64,000 nt of DNA, from assembly GCA_965204735.1 (NCBI GenBank), contig OZ242008.1, positions 2,912,001-2,976,000 on the forward strand, read 5' to 3'. The stretch's first letter is position 1, and each line of letters begins with the position of its first letter. Under the pieces are notes generated by a model. That model saw nothing but the letters and a program-made list of their open reading frames with translations. It was not told the origin of the DNA and made no database searches. The translations under genes and the position numbers were made by a program. Source of the DNA: Longimicrobiales bacterium (GTDB taxonomy: Bacteria; Gemmatimonadota; Gemmatimonadetes; Longimicrobiales; Gaopeijiaceae). Positions 27,021 to 36,785 of the stretch are shown here, piece by piece.

Positions 27021-28085
27021 TCAGTTCCAGGAGAGGCCGCGCAGCTTCTCCACGTCCAAGTTGCCGCCGCTCAGCACGCACACCGTCCGCGTGCCCGCCG
27101 GAGCCTCCACGAGTCCTTCCAGCAGCGCCGCCACGGGGGACGCGGCGGCCCCCTCGGTCACCAGCTTCGTCCGGGTCATGAGCCACAGCACGGCGTCGAA
27201 GATGCGGGCGTCGGGAAGGGTCGCGATCTCGTCCACGAACCGGGAGACGACGGAGCGCGTGTGCTTGCCGACCCGCTTCACGCGAAGGCCGTCGATGGCG
27301 CACTCCACTTCGTCCAAGGTGATCCGCCGGCCCGCCTCCACGCTCTTCTTCATCGCCGGGGCGCCGGAGGACTCGACGCCCACGACGCGGACGCCCGGCG
27401 AGGCGGCCTTCACCGCCATGGACACGCCCGAGATCAGCCCGCCGCCGCCGATGGGCACGATCACGACCTGGGCGTCGGGAACGTCCTCCATGATCTCCAG
27501 GCCGACGGTCCCCTGCCCCGCGATCAGCTGGGGGTCGTCGAAGGGGTGGACGTAGGTGAGGCCCTCCGACTCCACGAGCTCGAGGGCCTTCTCGTCGGCG
27601 TCGTCCCAGATGCTGCCGTGGAGGACCACCTGAGCGCCGTAGCCCTCGGTGGCGGCCACCTTGGCGGGAGTCGCGTTCTCCGCCATCACCACCACCGCGC
27701 GGACCCCGTAGTGGCGGGCGGCCAGGGCGACTCCTTGGGAGTGGTTGCCCGCCGAGGAGCAGATGACGCCTCTGGCCCGCTCCTCCTCCGACATCCGGGC
27801 GATCTTGTTCAGGGGCCCCCGAACCTTGTAGGAGCCGCCGCGCTGGAAGAGTTCGGCCTTGAGGCTGACGTCGAAGCCGCTGGCCTGGTTCAGGGAGCGG
27901 CAGGTCAGGATCGGCGTCCGGTAGACGAAGGGCGCGACGTGCTGTTGCGCGGCCTTGAAGTCGGCAAGCCCCAGGGAAAGCTCGTCGGCGGCGGCGTCGG
28001 CCGGCCCGGCTTCGTTCGCCCTCGTCGTTTCGGCGACGCCGCTCACGAGCTGATCCCCGGAAGGCGCATCGGCCCGCCCAGCCAT
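27021..28085 (-). CDS. PLP-dependent threonine/serine dehydratase family protein
   Basis: LKAE.FQ..GSYK.RG, SAGNH, PIGGGGL, LSGGN; start uncertain. Confidence 0.9.
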   Translation of the reverse strand: MAGRADAPSGDQLVSGVAETTRANEAGPADAAADELSLGLADFKAAQQHVAPFVYRTPILTCRSLNQASGFDVSLKAELFQRGGSYKVRGPLNKIARMSEEERARGVICSSAGNHSQGVALAARHYGVRAVVVMAENATPAKVAATEGYGAQVVLHGSIWDDADEKALELVESEGLTYVHPFDDPQLIAGQGTVGLEIMEDVPDAQVVIVPIGGGGLISGVSMAVKAASPGVRVVGVESSGAPAMKKSVEAGRRITLDEVECAIDGLRVKRVGKHTRSVVSRFVDEIATLPDARIFDAVLWLMTRTKLVTEGAAASPVAALLEGLVEAPAGTRTVCVLSGGNLDVEKLRGLSWN

Positions 28086-28096
28086 CCCCTGACCGC

Positions 28097-29059
28097 GTGC
28101 GGGCGATAAGGTTCTTCCAGCTCCCGGCGCTCTTCACGGGTCAGCGTCAGCTCCGTCGCCGCCGCGGCTCCGTCGATCTGCTCCACCTTGGTGAAGCCGA
28201 CGATCGGCGCCGCGACCGCCGGCCGCGACAGCAGCCAGGCCAGCGCCACCTGCACCGGCTCGGTCCCCCGCCGCTCGGCCACCCGAACGGTGGCGTCCAC
28301 CACGTCCCAGTCGGAGTCGTGGTCGTAGAGGTGGTCGGCCAGCGGCGCATCGGACTCGTCCCGGGGAGAAGCGTCGTGGCGGCCGCGCTGCCGCTTGCCC
28401 GTCAAGAGGCCTCGGGCCAGGGGCGACCATGGAATCGCGCCCAGCCCCTGATCGACGCACAAGGGCAGCATCTCCCGCTCCTCTTCCCGGTACACGAGGT
28501 TGTAGTGGTTCTGCATGGAGACGAAGCGCGCCCAGCCGTTGCGCTCCGACACCGACAGCGCCTTCATGAGTTCCCATGCGAACATGGAGCTGGCGCCGAC
28601 GTACAGGACCTTGCCGTCGCGAACCAGCTGGTCCAAGGCCGCCAGCGTCTCCTCGACGGGGGTGCTCGGGTCGGCGCGGTGAATCTGGTACAGGTCGATC
28701 CGGTCCGTGCCCAGTCGGCGCAGGCTCGCCTCGCAGGACTGAATCACGTGCTTGCGCGAAAGGCCCACCCGGTTCGGGCCGTCGCCCATCTTCAGCCGGA
28801 CCTTCGTAGCCACCACCGCCTCGTCCCGGTTCGCGTACTCCCGAACGCCCTTGCCGGTGATCGTCTCGCTGGCGCCCAGGGAGTACACGTCCGCCGTGTC
28901 GAAGAAGTTGACGCCGAGTTCCACGGCGCGACGGAAGAAGGGCATGGCTTCGGCCTCCTCCAGCACCCAGGGGCGCCACCTCTTGCTGCCGAAGCTCATG
29001 CAGCCGAGGGCGATGCGGGACACGACGAGACCGCTGCTTCCAAGTCGGGCGTACTGCAA
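28097..29059 (-). CDS. Aldo/keto reductase
   Basis: LGCMSFG, FDTADVY, ATK, IDLYQIH, SMQNHYNL, PWSPLARG; TTG start after AGGAG. Confidence 0.93.
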
Positions 29060-29139
29060 CGTCGCAGCTCCTTGCGGTTGTCTGGGAACGGACCTGGCGG
29101 CCGGAAGGGCAGCCGGACGCCGACAATAGCCGAAACGGC

Positions 29140-29181
29140 CCCGGTCCAACAGGCGGGAGCCCCGGTCCAACAGGCGGGAGC
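29140..29181. repeat. Perfect 21-bp tandem duplication in a divergent intergenic region
   Basis: CCCGGTCCAACAGGCGGGAGC x2. Confidence 0.9.
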
Positions 29182-29271
29182 GGCTTCGAGGGCTCGCCAG
29201 CGTCCCTTCTTCGCTTGCCTCGCCTCGCGGGCGGGCGTAGCGTCTTGGTGGCCCCGACCCCAAGAAAGAGA

Positions 29272-31410
29272 ATGGAGCCCCAGATGCCACCGACCCGCTT
29301 CGCCAAGCTTTCCGTTCCGACGACTCTGCTGACGCTGGCGCTGCCCGCGGCCGGCGTCCCGACGACAGCTTCCGCACAATCCGCCCAGCAGGACGACGCC
29401 TACATCTGGCTGGAGGAGGTCGAAGGCGAGCGCGCGCTTGGCTGGGCCGTCGAGCGCAGCGGGGCGACCCTCCGGGAGTTCGAGGCGCTCCCGATCTTCG
29501 GCGAGCTGGAGGCGGCGGCGCTGGAAGTGCTCGCGTCGTCGGACCGGATCGCCTATCCGAGCATCCGAGGCGACCACCTCTACAACTTCTGGACCGACGG
29601 GAACCATCCCAGGGGCGTCTACCGGCGAACGTCGTGGGACTCCTACCTGTCGGGCGACCCCTCGTGGGAGACCGTTCTGGACATTGACCTGCTCGTCGAA
29701 GAGGAAGGAACGCCATGGGCGTACCGGGGGATGTCGTGCCTTGCGCCCGAACATCGCCGGTGCCTCGTCGCCCTCTCCCGGGGCGGCGCCGACGCCGTGG
29801 AGACGCGGGAGTTCGACTTGCAGGCGCTTGCTTTCCCGGAAGACGGCTTCTTCCTGCCGGAAGCCAAGGGCGGCGCGTCGCTGGTGGACGACGAGACGGC
29901 GATCGTGGCCACCGACTTCGGCCCCGGCACGCTGACGGCCTCGGGCTACCCCCGCCAGGCTCGCCTCTGGAAGCGCGGCACGGCGCTCGCCGACGCGCCG
30001 GTGGTCTTCGAGGCCGACGACGCCGACATGGCGGTGTTCGCCGGCTCTTGGGAGATCGGCGGAAAGACCTATGGCGCGGTCACGCACCTGCAGACGATCT
30101 TCGAGAGCACGACCCACCTGGTCATGGACGGCGAGCTTGTGCGGATCGACACGCCGCCCGACGCCTCCACCTTCATCTCCGGCGACCACTTGGTCGTGCG
30201 CACCGTTTCGGAGTGGACGGTGGGCGGCCGGACGTTCGCCCCTGCGACCGTGGTGGCCGCGAACGTCCACGACTTCCTGGCCGGCGAGCGCGACTTCGAG
30301 ATCGTTGCCGAGTCCAGCGGCAAGAGAATCGTCCAGGGAGCGTCGGCGACGAAGGACCACCTGCTGGTCGGCGTGCTGGACAACGTGCAGGGCGAGCTCT
30401 GGCGCTACGCTTGGCGGGACGGCGAGTGGTCCGGCGAGAAGTTGCCCGCGCCGCCGATGGGATCGGTTGGCGTGGTGGCGACCGACGAGCGCTTCAACCG
30501 CTTCTTCTTCACCTACAGCGGATTCACTCAGCCTACGACTTTGTACATGGCCGACGAAGACGGCTCGGTGCGGATCGTCCAGCAGCTGCCCGACATGTTC
30601 GACGCCGAGGGCTTGATGGTGAAGCAGCACCATGTCGCGTCGGCCGACGGCACCCAGATCCCCTTCTTCGTGGTGCACAAGGAAGGCATTCCTCACGACG
30701 GCACCAACCCGACGCTTCTGACGGCGTACGGCGGCTTCCAGATACCGCGCACGGCCGGCTACGACGCGCTGGCGGGGAAGGCGTGGATGGAGCGGGGCGG
30801 CGTGTACGTGCTGGCCAACATTCGGGGCGGCGGCGAGTTCGGTCCTTCGTGGTGGACGGCGGCGCTCAAGGAGAACCGGCAGCGCGCCTACGACGACTTC
30901 CTGGCGGTGGCGCAGTGGCTGGTGGACCACGGCCTCGCGTCGCCCGCGCACTTGGGCATACAGGGCGGCTCCAACGGCGGCCTCTTGGTGGGCGCCGCAA
31001 TGACCCAGCGCCCCGACCTCTTCAACGCGGTGGTGGCCCAGGTGCCTCTGCTCGACATGCGGCGCTACCACAAGCTGCTGGCGGGCGCGAGCTGGATGGC
31101 CGAGTACGGAGACCCCGACGACCCGGCCGACTGGGCCTACATCGGCAAGTACTCGCCCTATCAGAACGTGAAGCCGGACGTCGAGTATCCCCGCGCCCTG
31201 TTCACGACCACTACCCGCGACGACCGCGTCCACCCGGGACACGCCCGCAAGATGGCCGCAAAGATGACGGACATGGGCCACGACGTCCTCTACTTCGAGA
31301 ACACGGAGGGAGGCCACGGCGCTGGCGTGACGCCGGCCCAGCGAGCCAAGATGTACGCGCTGGTGTACGCCTACCTGTGGACCCAACTGGCGGGTCGCGG
31401 CGTGTCGTAG
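29272..31410 (+). CDS. Prolyl oligopeptidase (S9A), exported
   Basis: YIWLE, YGGF, NIRGGGEFG, GGSNGG, DDRVHP, GGHG. Confidence 0.95.
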   Translation: MEPQMPPTRFAKLSVPTTLLTLALPAAGVPTTASAQSAQQDDAYIWLEEVEGERALGWAVERSGATLREFEALPIFGELEAAALEVLASSDRIAYPSIRGDHLYNFWTDGNHPRGVYRRTSWDSYLSGDPSWETVLDIDLLVEEEGTPWAYRGMSCLAPEHRRCLVALSRGGADAVETREFDLQALAFPEDGFFLPEAKGGASLVDDETAIVATDFGPGTLTASGYPRQARLWKRGTALADAPVVFEADDADMAVFAGSWEIGGKTYGAVTHLQTIFESTTHLVMDGELVRIDTPPDASTFISGDHLVVRTVSEWTVGGRTFAPATVVAANVHDFLAGERDFEIVAESSGKRIVQGASATKDHLLVGVLDNVQGELWRYAWRDGEWSGEKLPAPPMGSVGVVATDERFNRFFFTYSGFTQPTTLYMADEDGSVRIVQQLPDMFDAEGLMVKQHHVASADGTQIPFFVVHKEGIPHDGTNPTLLTAYGGFQIPRTAGYDALAGKAWMERGGVYVLANIRGGGEFGPSWWTAALKENRQRAYDDFLAVAQWLVDHGLASPAHLGIQGGSNGGLLVGAAMTQRPDLFNAVVAQVPLLDMRRYHKLLAGASWMAEYGDPDDPADWAYIGKYSPYQNVKPDVEYPRALFTTTTRDDRVHPGHARKMAAKMTDMGHDVLYFENTEGGHGAGVTPAQRAKMYALVYAYLWTQLAGRGVS

Positions 31411-31449
31411 GGCTTCCGTCGGCGGTCAAGCAGCAGCGGCGCGCGCGCC

Positions 31450-32685
31450 ATGACCAGGGCCGAGCTCCTCGAGATCGTCGCCAACGGCGAGAACTCGGGC
31501 GTCGAGTTCAAGCGCGACGACTTGAGGCCCGAGCAGCTGGCCAAGGAGGTCGTTGCACTCGCCAACTTCAGGGGCGGCCGCGTCCTGCTGGGCGTGGAGG
31601 ACGACGGCGCCGTCAGCGGGATTCGCCGACCGGACTTGGAGCGCTGGGTCATGGACGCCGTGTTCGGTCAAGTCGTGCACCCAATGATGCTTCCGTACTA
31701 CGAAGAGGTGGCGGTCGGCGACGACCTGCGCGTGGCGGTGATCTCGGTTGCCCAGGGAGTGACGAAGCCGTACGTGGTGCGCAGCCGAGGGCGAGAGGAC
31801 GTCTACGTGCGAGTAGGCACGACGTCCCGGCTCGCCACTCGCGAGCAGCAGGCGCAGCTCTTCGCCGCCGGCGGACTCGTGCAGGCGGACGTGTTGCCCG
31901 TTTCCGGAAGCGAGCTTCGGGACATGAGCAAGGAGAGGCTGGCGGACTACCTCGTCGAACTCCTCGGCTATCCTCAGGCCCCGCAGGACGACGACGCCTG
32001 GCGCGAACAGCTGGCCGCCCTTGGCTTCATGACCGAACGTTCCGACGGGCCGCCGTTGTGCACGGTAGCGGGCGTGGCGCTCTTCGCCTACCGTCCCCGT
32101 CGGCTGTTGCGCAGCGCCGGCGTCCGCTGGATGTGCTTCGACGGCAAGGACAAGGCGTACGACGCCGTCGACGATCAGGTGATCGACGGCCCGCTCGTCG
32201 GCTCGTGGCGCGTCTTGGCCGACGGCCGGCAGCTGGTCGAGAAGGGCTTGGTCGAACGGCTGATGGACGCGATGCGCCCGTTCGTGTGCAGCGAGACCGC
32301 CGACATGGCGAGATCGTTTCGCCGGGAGCGGCAGTGGCACTACCCGCCCGAGGCGTTGCGGGAAGGAATCGTCAACGCCATTGCTCACAGGGACTGGACG
32401 CGCTACGGCGACGTGGAGGTCGCACGCTACTCGGATCGAATCGAGATCATGAGTCCTGGCCCCATGCAGAACGGCATGACCGTGGCAAAGATGATCGCCG
32501 GCCAGCGCGTTCCCCGCAACATGCTGATTTCCGACGTGCTGCGCGACTACGGCTACGCCGACGCCCGCGGGATGGGCGTCCGCAACAAGATCATCCCCCT
32601 GATGCGCGCCCAGAACGGCGTGGAGCCGGAGTACGAAGCAACGCCGGACTACCTGAAGCTGACGTTGCGGAGGAGCGCGGCGTAG
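31450..32685 (+). CDS. Schlafen/AlbA_2 domain + RecG-C/HATPase_c_4-type protein
   Basis: GENSGVEFK, ALAN..GG..LLGVEDDG, YP..ALRE...NAIAHRD, SPG, RN..I, GMG. Confidence 0.85.
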   Translation: MTRAELLEIVANGENSGVEFKRDDLRPEQLAKEVVALANFRGGRVLLGVEDDGAVSGIRRPDLERWVMDAVFGQVVHPMMLPYYEEVAVGDDLRVAVISVAQGVTKPYVVRSRGREDVYVRVGTTSRLATREQQAQLFAAGGLVQADVLPVSGSELRDMSKERLADYLVELLGYPQAPQDDDAWREQLAALGFMTERSDGPPLCTVAGVALFAYRPRRLLRSAGVRWMCFDGKDKAYDAVDDQVIDGPLVGSWRVLADGRQLVEKGLVERLMDAMRPFVCSETADMARSFRRERQWHYPPEALREGIVNAIAHRDWTRYGDVEVARYSDRIEIMSPGPMQNGMTVAKMIAGQRVPRNMLISDVLRDYGYADARGMGVRNKIIPLMRAQNGVEPEYEATPDYLKLTLRRSAA

Positions 32686-32728
32686 CGGGCCACCCATGAT
32701 CTACATGCCGGCCGCTCTGGCCCGCGTC

Positions 32729-32757
32729 TTGCGCCGGGCCGCCGCCGATGCTATCTT
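32729..32757 (+). promoter_or_regulatory. Putative promoter TTGCGC-N17-TATCTT with extended -10 for the DUF262 operon
   Basis: Hexamers, TG extension and 17-bp spacer read from the sequence. Confidence 0.55.
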
Positions 32758-32789
32758 TCGTTATTCCAACGTGATTTCGACCGTCTCTA

Positions 32790-33959
32790 TTGGAGATCAG
32801 GTTGCACGATACCACCGATTCGCCCAGCGATGCTGCCGCCTTTGAACGCAAGCCTCTGCGCGTGAACCAGGGCCCCCCCGCTCCGCCGGCTTCGCCCGAG
32901 GCGGATGCCGACCCCGGCTACGACCCCGGCTCCCCCTGGCAAGACTACCCGCTGGACGACATCCTGATTCGGCAGGAGCACAGGACGATCCACGATGTCG
33001 TCCGCCGCATTCGGAAACGGTTCTACGTAATGGACCCGGACTTCCAGCGCGACTTCATCTGGAAGGCCGACAAGCAAAGCAAGTTGATCGAATCGGTGAT
33101 CCTTCGGATCCCGCTGCCGGTCTTCTACTTGGCCGAGGACCACAACGGCCGAATGATTGTCGTGGACGGGCTTCAACGGCTGTCCACCTTTGACGCCTTC
33201 CTCAACAACGAGCTTCCGTTGCGCTCTCTAGACCGAGCCGAGCTGAACGGAAAGCGGTTCTCCGATCTGTCGTTCAAGTTGCAGAACCGGATCGAAGATT
33301 CCAACCTCATCCTGTACACGATCGACTCCAGGGTGCCCGATCGGGCAAAGCTCGACATCTTCGAACGGGTGAATTCGGGTGTTCCCTTGTCTCGCCAACA
33401 GATGCGCAACTGCCTGTACATGGGAGACGGAACTCGCTTCCTGAAGGACCAAGCTCAGTCCGAACTGTTCAAGAAGGCCACAGGAAGAAGCCTGAAGCCC
33501 GACATGATGAGGGACCGAGAATTCGTCAATCGCTTTTGCGCGTTCAGCATATTGGATCTGAAGGACTACCGTGGGGACATGGACGGTTTTCTAGCAACGG
33601 CGCTGCAACACATGAACCAAATGGATCAAGTCCAACTGTCGGCCCTAGCCGAAGACTTGCGCAGAGGTCTCGTCAACAACTACGTCACTTTCCGCCAGCA
33701 TGCGTTTCGACGACATGCTCCAAACCAGGAATGGCGCAGCGTGTTGAACGCTTCGCTGTGGGATGTCATGTGTACTGGACTGTCCCGCTACTCAGAAACT
33801 CGGGTCAGGGAGCACGAAGACCGACTGCGAAAAACCATCCAGGATCTGCTCGCAGATGACAACTTCATCGATTCTATAGCCAGAAGCACGAGCGCCACCA
33901 AGATGGTCATGCATCGCTTCAAGGCAACCGACAAGGCGCTTGCGGAGGTGCTGGGATGA
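32790..33959 (+). CDS. DUF262 (ParB/GmrS-like) protein, Menshen NsnA-like
   Basis: PDFQRDFIW, IES, VDGLQRLST, IFERVNSG. Confidence 0.88.
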   Translation: MEIRLHDTTDSPSDAAAFERKPLRVNQGPPAPPASPEADADPGYDPGSPWQDYPLDDILIRQEHRTIHDVVRRIRKRFYVMDPDFQRDFIWKADKQSKLIESVILRIPLPVFYLAEDHNGRMIVVDGLQRLSTFDAFLNNELPLRSLDRAELNGKRFSDLSFKLQNRIEDSNLILYTIDSRVPDRAKLDIFERVNSGVPLSRQQMRNCLYMGDGTRFLKDQAQSELFKKATGRSLKPDMMRDREFVNRFCAFSILDLKDYRGDMDGFLATALQHMNQMDQVQLSALAEDLRRGLVNNYVTFRQHAFRRHAPNQEWRSVLNASLWDVMCTGLSRYSETRVREHEDRLRKTIQDLLADDNFIDSIARSTSATKMVMHRFKATDKALAEVLG

Positions 33960-35098
33960 TCACTCGACTTGATCTCCGTCACTTCAAGTGTTTTTCGCTT
34001 CTCAAGCTTCCCTTGGCTCCGCTAACCGTTCTATCTGGCACGAACGCGTCGGGAAAGTCGTCCGTGCTGCAAGTCCTGGCTTTGCTTCACCAGACGATAC
34101 GAGAACACGAGTGGTCCACGCGGTTGATGCTCAACGGCGACGCGGTTCGGCTGGGGACCGCCGCCGACGTGATCGATCAGGTCGAGGGCCGTCGAACGTT
34201 TCGCGCGGCCCTGCAGGTCGAAGAAGCGGTGTACGAGTGGGCGTTCACCGGCGAGCGCACCGAAATGTCCATGCAGGTCGCCAGCGTGGCTGCAGGCAAG
34301 GAGATCGAGGAGGAGCCCGAGCGGTTGCGGTGGCTGTTCCCCGTGTCCAGGTCCTGCCACTCCTTGGCCCATCGGTTGCGCGACCTGACGTACTTGACGG
34401 CGGAACGAATGGGGCCTCGGGACCATTACCCGCTGGAGGATCCGCAGCTTGCGCCCCTGGTCGGGCGAGCGGGCGAGCATACCGTCACCGTTCTTCAATC
34501 GGGAGAGGAGGTGCCTGTGGTTCCGCGCCTTGCCGTTGACGGAGTTCCAACGACCCGCTTGCGGCAAGTCGAAGCCCGCATGGCCGGGTTTTTTCCGGGC
34601 TGCGAGCTGGCGATGGAGACCGTGCCTCAGGCGAGCGTCGTGAGACTGGGCGTTCGGACGTCAAGAGACACGGGCTTTCATCGTCCCGGCCATACGGGCT
34701 TTGGACTGACCCAGGTCCTGCCGATAGTCGTGGCTTCTCTGTCGGTCGAAGTCGACGGCCTGTTGCTGATCGAGAACCCCGAGGTGCATCTGCACCCGGC
34801 GGGACAAGCCAAGATGGGCGAGTTCCTGGCGGAAGTGGCATCGGCGGGCGTTCAGGTGATTGTGGAAACTCACAGCGATCATGTGCTCAACGGAGTCCGG
34901 CGAGCCGTCAAGGACGAGAAGCTGCTCTGCGACGATGTCGCCGTGCACTTCTTTCGTCCACGGCTTGACGATGCAGAAGATGGGCCGCCTCAGGTCGAGA
35001 CACCGGTTCTCGACAGTCACGGCAACATTGACGTATGGCCCAAGGGGTTCTTCGACCAGTTCGACAGGGACATGAACTACTTCGCCGGCTGGTCCTGA
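33956..35098 (+). CDS. DUF3696 ABC/AAA ATPase, Menshen NsnB-like
   Basis: GTNASGKSS, GFGLTQVLP, IENPEVHLHP, ETHSDH, WPKGFFDQ; ATGA overlap with upstream gene. Confidence 0.9.
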   Translation: MITRLDLRHFKCFSLLKLPLAPLTVLSGTNASGKSSVLQVLALLHQTIREHEWSTRLMLNGDAVRLGTAADVIDQVEGRRTFRAALQVEEAVYEWAFTGERTEMSMQVASVAAGKEIEEEPERLRWLFPVSRSCHSLAHRLRDLTYLTAERMGPRDHYPLEDPQLAPLVGRAGEHTVTVLQSGEEVPVVPRLAVDGVPTTRLRQVEARMAGFFPGCELAMETVPQASVVRLGVRTSRDTGFHRPGHTGFGLTQVLPIVVASLSVEVDGLLLIENPEVHLHPAGQAKMGEFLAEVASAGVQVIVETHSDHVLNGVRRAVKDEKLLCDDVAVHFFRPRLDDAEDGPPQVETPVLDSHGNIDVWPKGFFDQFDRDMNYFAGWS

Positions 35099-35108
35099 GT
35101 CGACCTGT

Positions 35109-36071
35109 ATGGACCTCATCGCAAACGACCTGTCGATCCATGGCCAGTTCTCGGATGCTTCGTCGTTCCGCATGTCGTTTATCGGCTTCATCGCCATGCG
35201 CAGCGTGGCGCGACGCTGGGATCGGGACATCTACTGCAATCGACAGATGGCGCAGGCGGAGCCGCTGCCTGGTGTTCCGATGAGCAAGGCCGTAGCTCGC
35301 TACCTATCCGAAGCCGAGCGTCGCGCCGTCATGGCTTGGTTCACACGCGGAGGTCCGTTCTGGGAGGACGAGAATCGGCACGGCGAGGGCGAGTGGATCG
35401 AGAGCGGCGGCGAGATCGTGACGGATTCCGCCATCGGGGAAGCGGCCTATCGGAGCATCAACGGCGTTGCCACCGGCCTGGTCAGCGTGGAGCCGTCGAA
35501 ATGGAACGCGTCGCCAGTGTCGGTCTTATGGCGACTTGGCGACGACCCGACCGACCAACGGAGCACGGAGGTGCAGAACTGGTGGGACGCGGCGGCCTTG
35601 GAGTCGGCACTCGAGAAGGCGGCTCCGCCGCTCTCCTCTTGGAGCCAGCTTCGCGACGTCGCGATCCGACGATTCGACCGGCTTCGGTTTAGCGACAGCT
35701 GCTTCATACCGCTGGCCGGGATTCCGTTCGCGAAGAGCACGGCAGATCGCCTTGCGCAACGTTTCGACATCCTGAATCGGCTGGCAGGCTGCTTCGACGA
35801 GAACGGGACTCGCACCTGGGAAGGCCACCAGATTGTCAAACAGTATATCGAGGGAGACAACGCTTTCTTTGCGAAGACGGCAGAAACGGAAAAGCAGAAA
35901 TTCAAGGCGCAACTCACCTTTCCTCACCCCGGCAAGCCCGGAGAGAAGGCACTGTTCGGTTGGCACGGCAAGATGGCCCGCCAGACGATTCGACTTCATT
36001 TTTCGTGGCCGATCCGCGCCGGCGAGCCCGTGTACATTGTGTACGTTGGGCCGAAGATCACCAAGCGCTGA
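35109..36071 (+). CDS. Putative defence effector, Menshen NsnC-like
   Basis: Third operon gene 10 bp downstream; C-terminal WHGK...RLHF...YIVYVG resembles RelE-like RNase folds (inference). Confidence 0.6.
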   Translation: MDLIANDLSIHGQFSDASSFRMSFIGFIAMRSVARRWDRDIYCNRQMAQAEPLPGVPMSKAVARYLSEAERRAVMAWFTRGGPFWEDENRHGEGEWIESGGEIVTDSAIGEAAYRSINGVATGLVSVEPSKWNASPVSVLWRLGDDPTDQRSTEVQNWWDAAALESALEKAAPPLSSWSQLRDVAIRRFDRLRFSDSCFIPLAGIPFAKSTADRLAQRFDILNRLAGCFDENGTRTWEGHQIVKQYIEGDNAFFAKTAETEKQKFKAQLTFPHPGKPGEKALFGWHGKMARQTIRLHFSWPIRAGEPVYIVYVGPKITKR

Positions 36072-36119
36072 ACGGATTTTCCACTTTGTCGCACCCGCGC
36101 TCGCCGGATGCAAGGGTAA

Positions 36120-36782
36120 TCACTGAAAATCAATCAAGTTGTGCCTGGCAAGAAGCGCGGCCAACTGCCTGCCGTCCATGAGGGCGACTGGGGAAGCGTC
36201 TCGACGCGCAGCCTCTTTCTTTGCTTGTTTGCTGAACGTGCCGGTTGTAATGACAAGACCTTGTTCGTGGGCACCAAGGCTACCTCGAACTTGTCGGATC
36301 ACGGGCGCACTCACCCTCCCTTTGTTGTATCGCTTCGCCTGTACCGCCATGCGAATACTCACTACGTCCCCGACAACCAGCGTCCCTCGCACGTCGATGC
36401 CTCCGTCCGGTCCACGTGGGGTCTTTTCCACATCCTCAAATCCCATGGCAATCAGAAGTCTCTCGACAAGCATCTCGAAACGCTCCGGTGTTTCTTCCTT
36501 CGCTTGCTTCAAGAGCCTTTCCTCCAACTCGTCGAGTAAGCCGATTCTGCCTTCTCCGTATAGGTGGAAGCGTTGCGCGTATCCCTTCGTTTTCCGGTGG
36601 CGAACTTCAGCACCTATTCTGCCAGCCATCGTGGCTTCCATTGTCTTGCCCTTGATTCTGTCAACAATAGCGCCATAGCGTCTCCGATAGTGCTTCTCCC
36701 AGCACATCACAATCTCCTTGTAGTGTAAGGGCTTGGCCGCCCGCCCAAGAAGCACCATCTCCGCCGCGTCGGTTGCCTTCAT
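36120..36782 (-). CDS. Mrr-like (type IV) restriction endonuclease with N-terminal HARE-HTH-like domain
   Basis: PLHYKEI...GKT..ATM; FE.LV..LL.AMG, DGGIDV, QAKRY, ITTG.F; visibly lower GC. Confidence 0.88.
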   Translation of the reverse strand: MKATDAAEMVLLGRAAKPLHYKEIVMCWEKHYRRRYGAIVDRIKGKTMEATMAGRIGAEVRHRKTKGYAQRFHLYGEGRIGLLDELEERLLKQAKEETPERFEMLVERLLIAMGFEDVEKTPRGPDGGIDVRGTLVVGDVVSIRMAVQAKRYNKGRVSAPVIRQVRGSLGAHEQGLVITTGTFSKQAKKEAARRDASPVALMDGRQLAALLARHNLIDFQ

Positions 36783-36785
36783 CGG

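Noticed and set aside
9958..36782. Integrase/transposase or att sites bounding the defence blocks
   Set aside because: No mobility gene or flanking direct repeat recognised by eye
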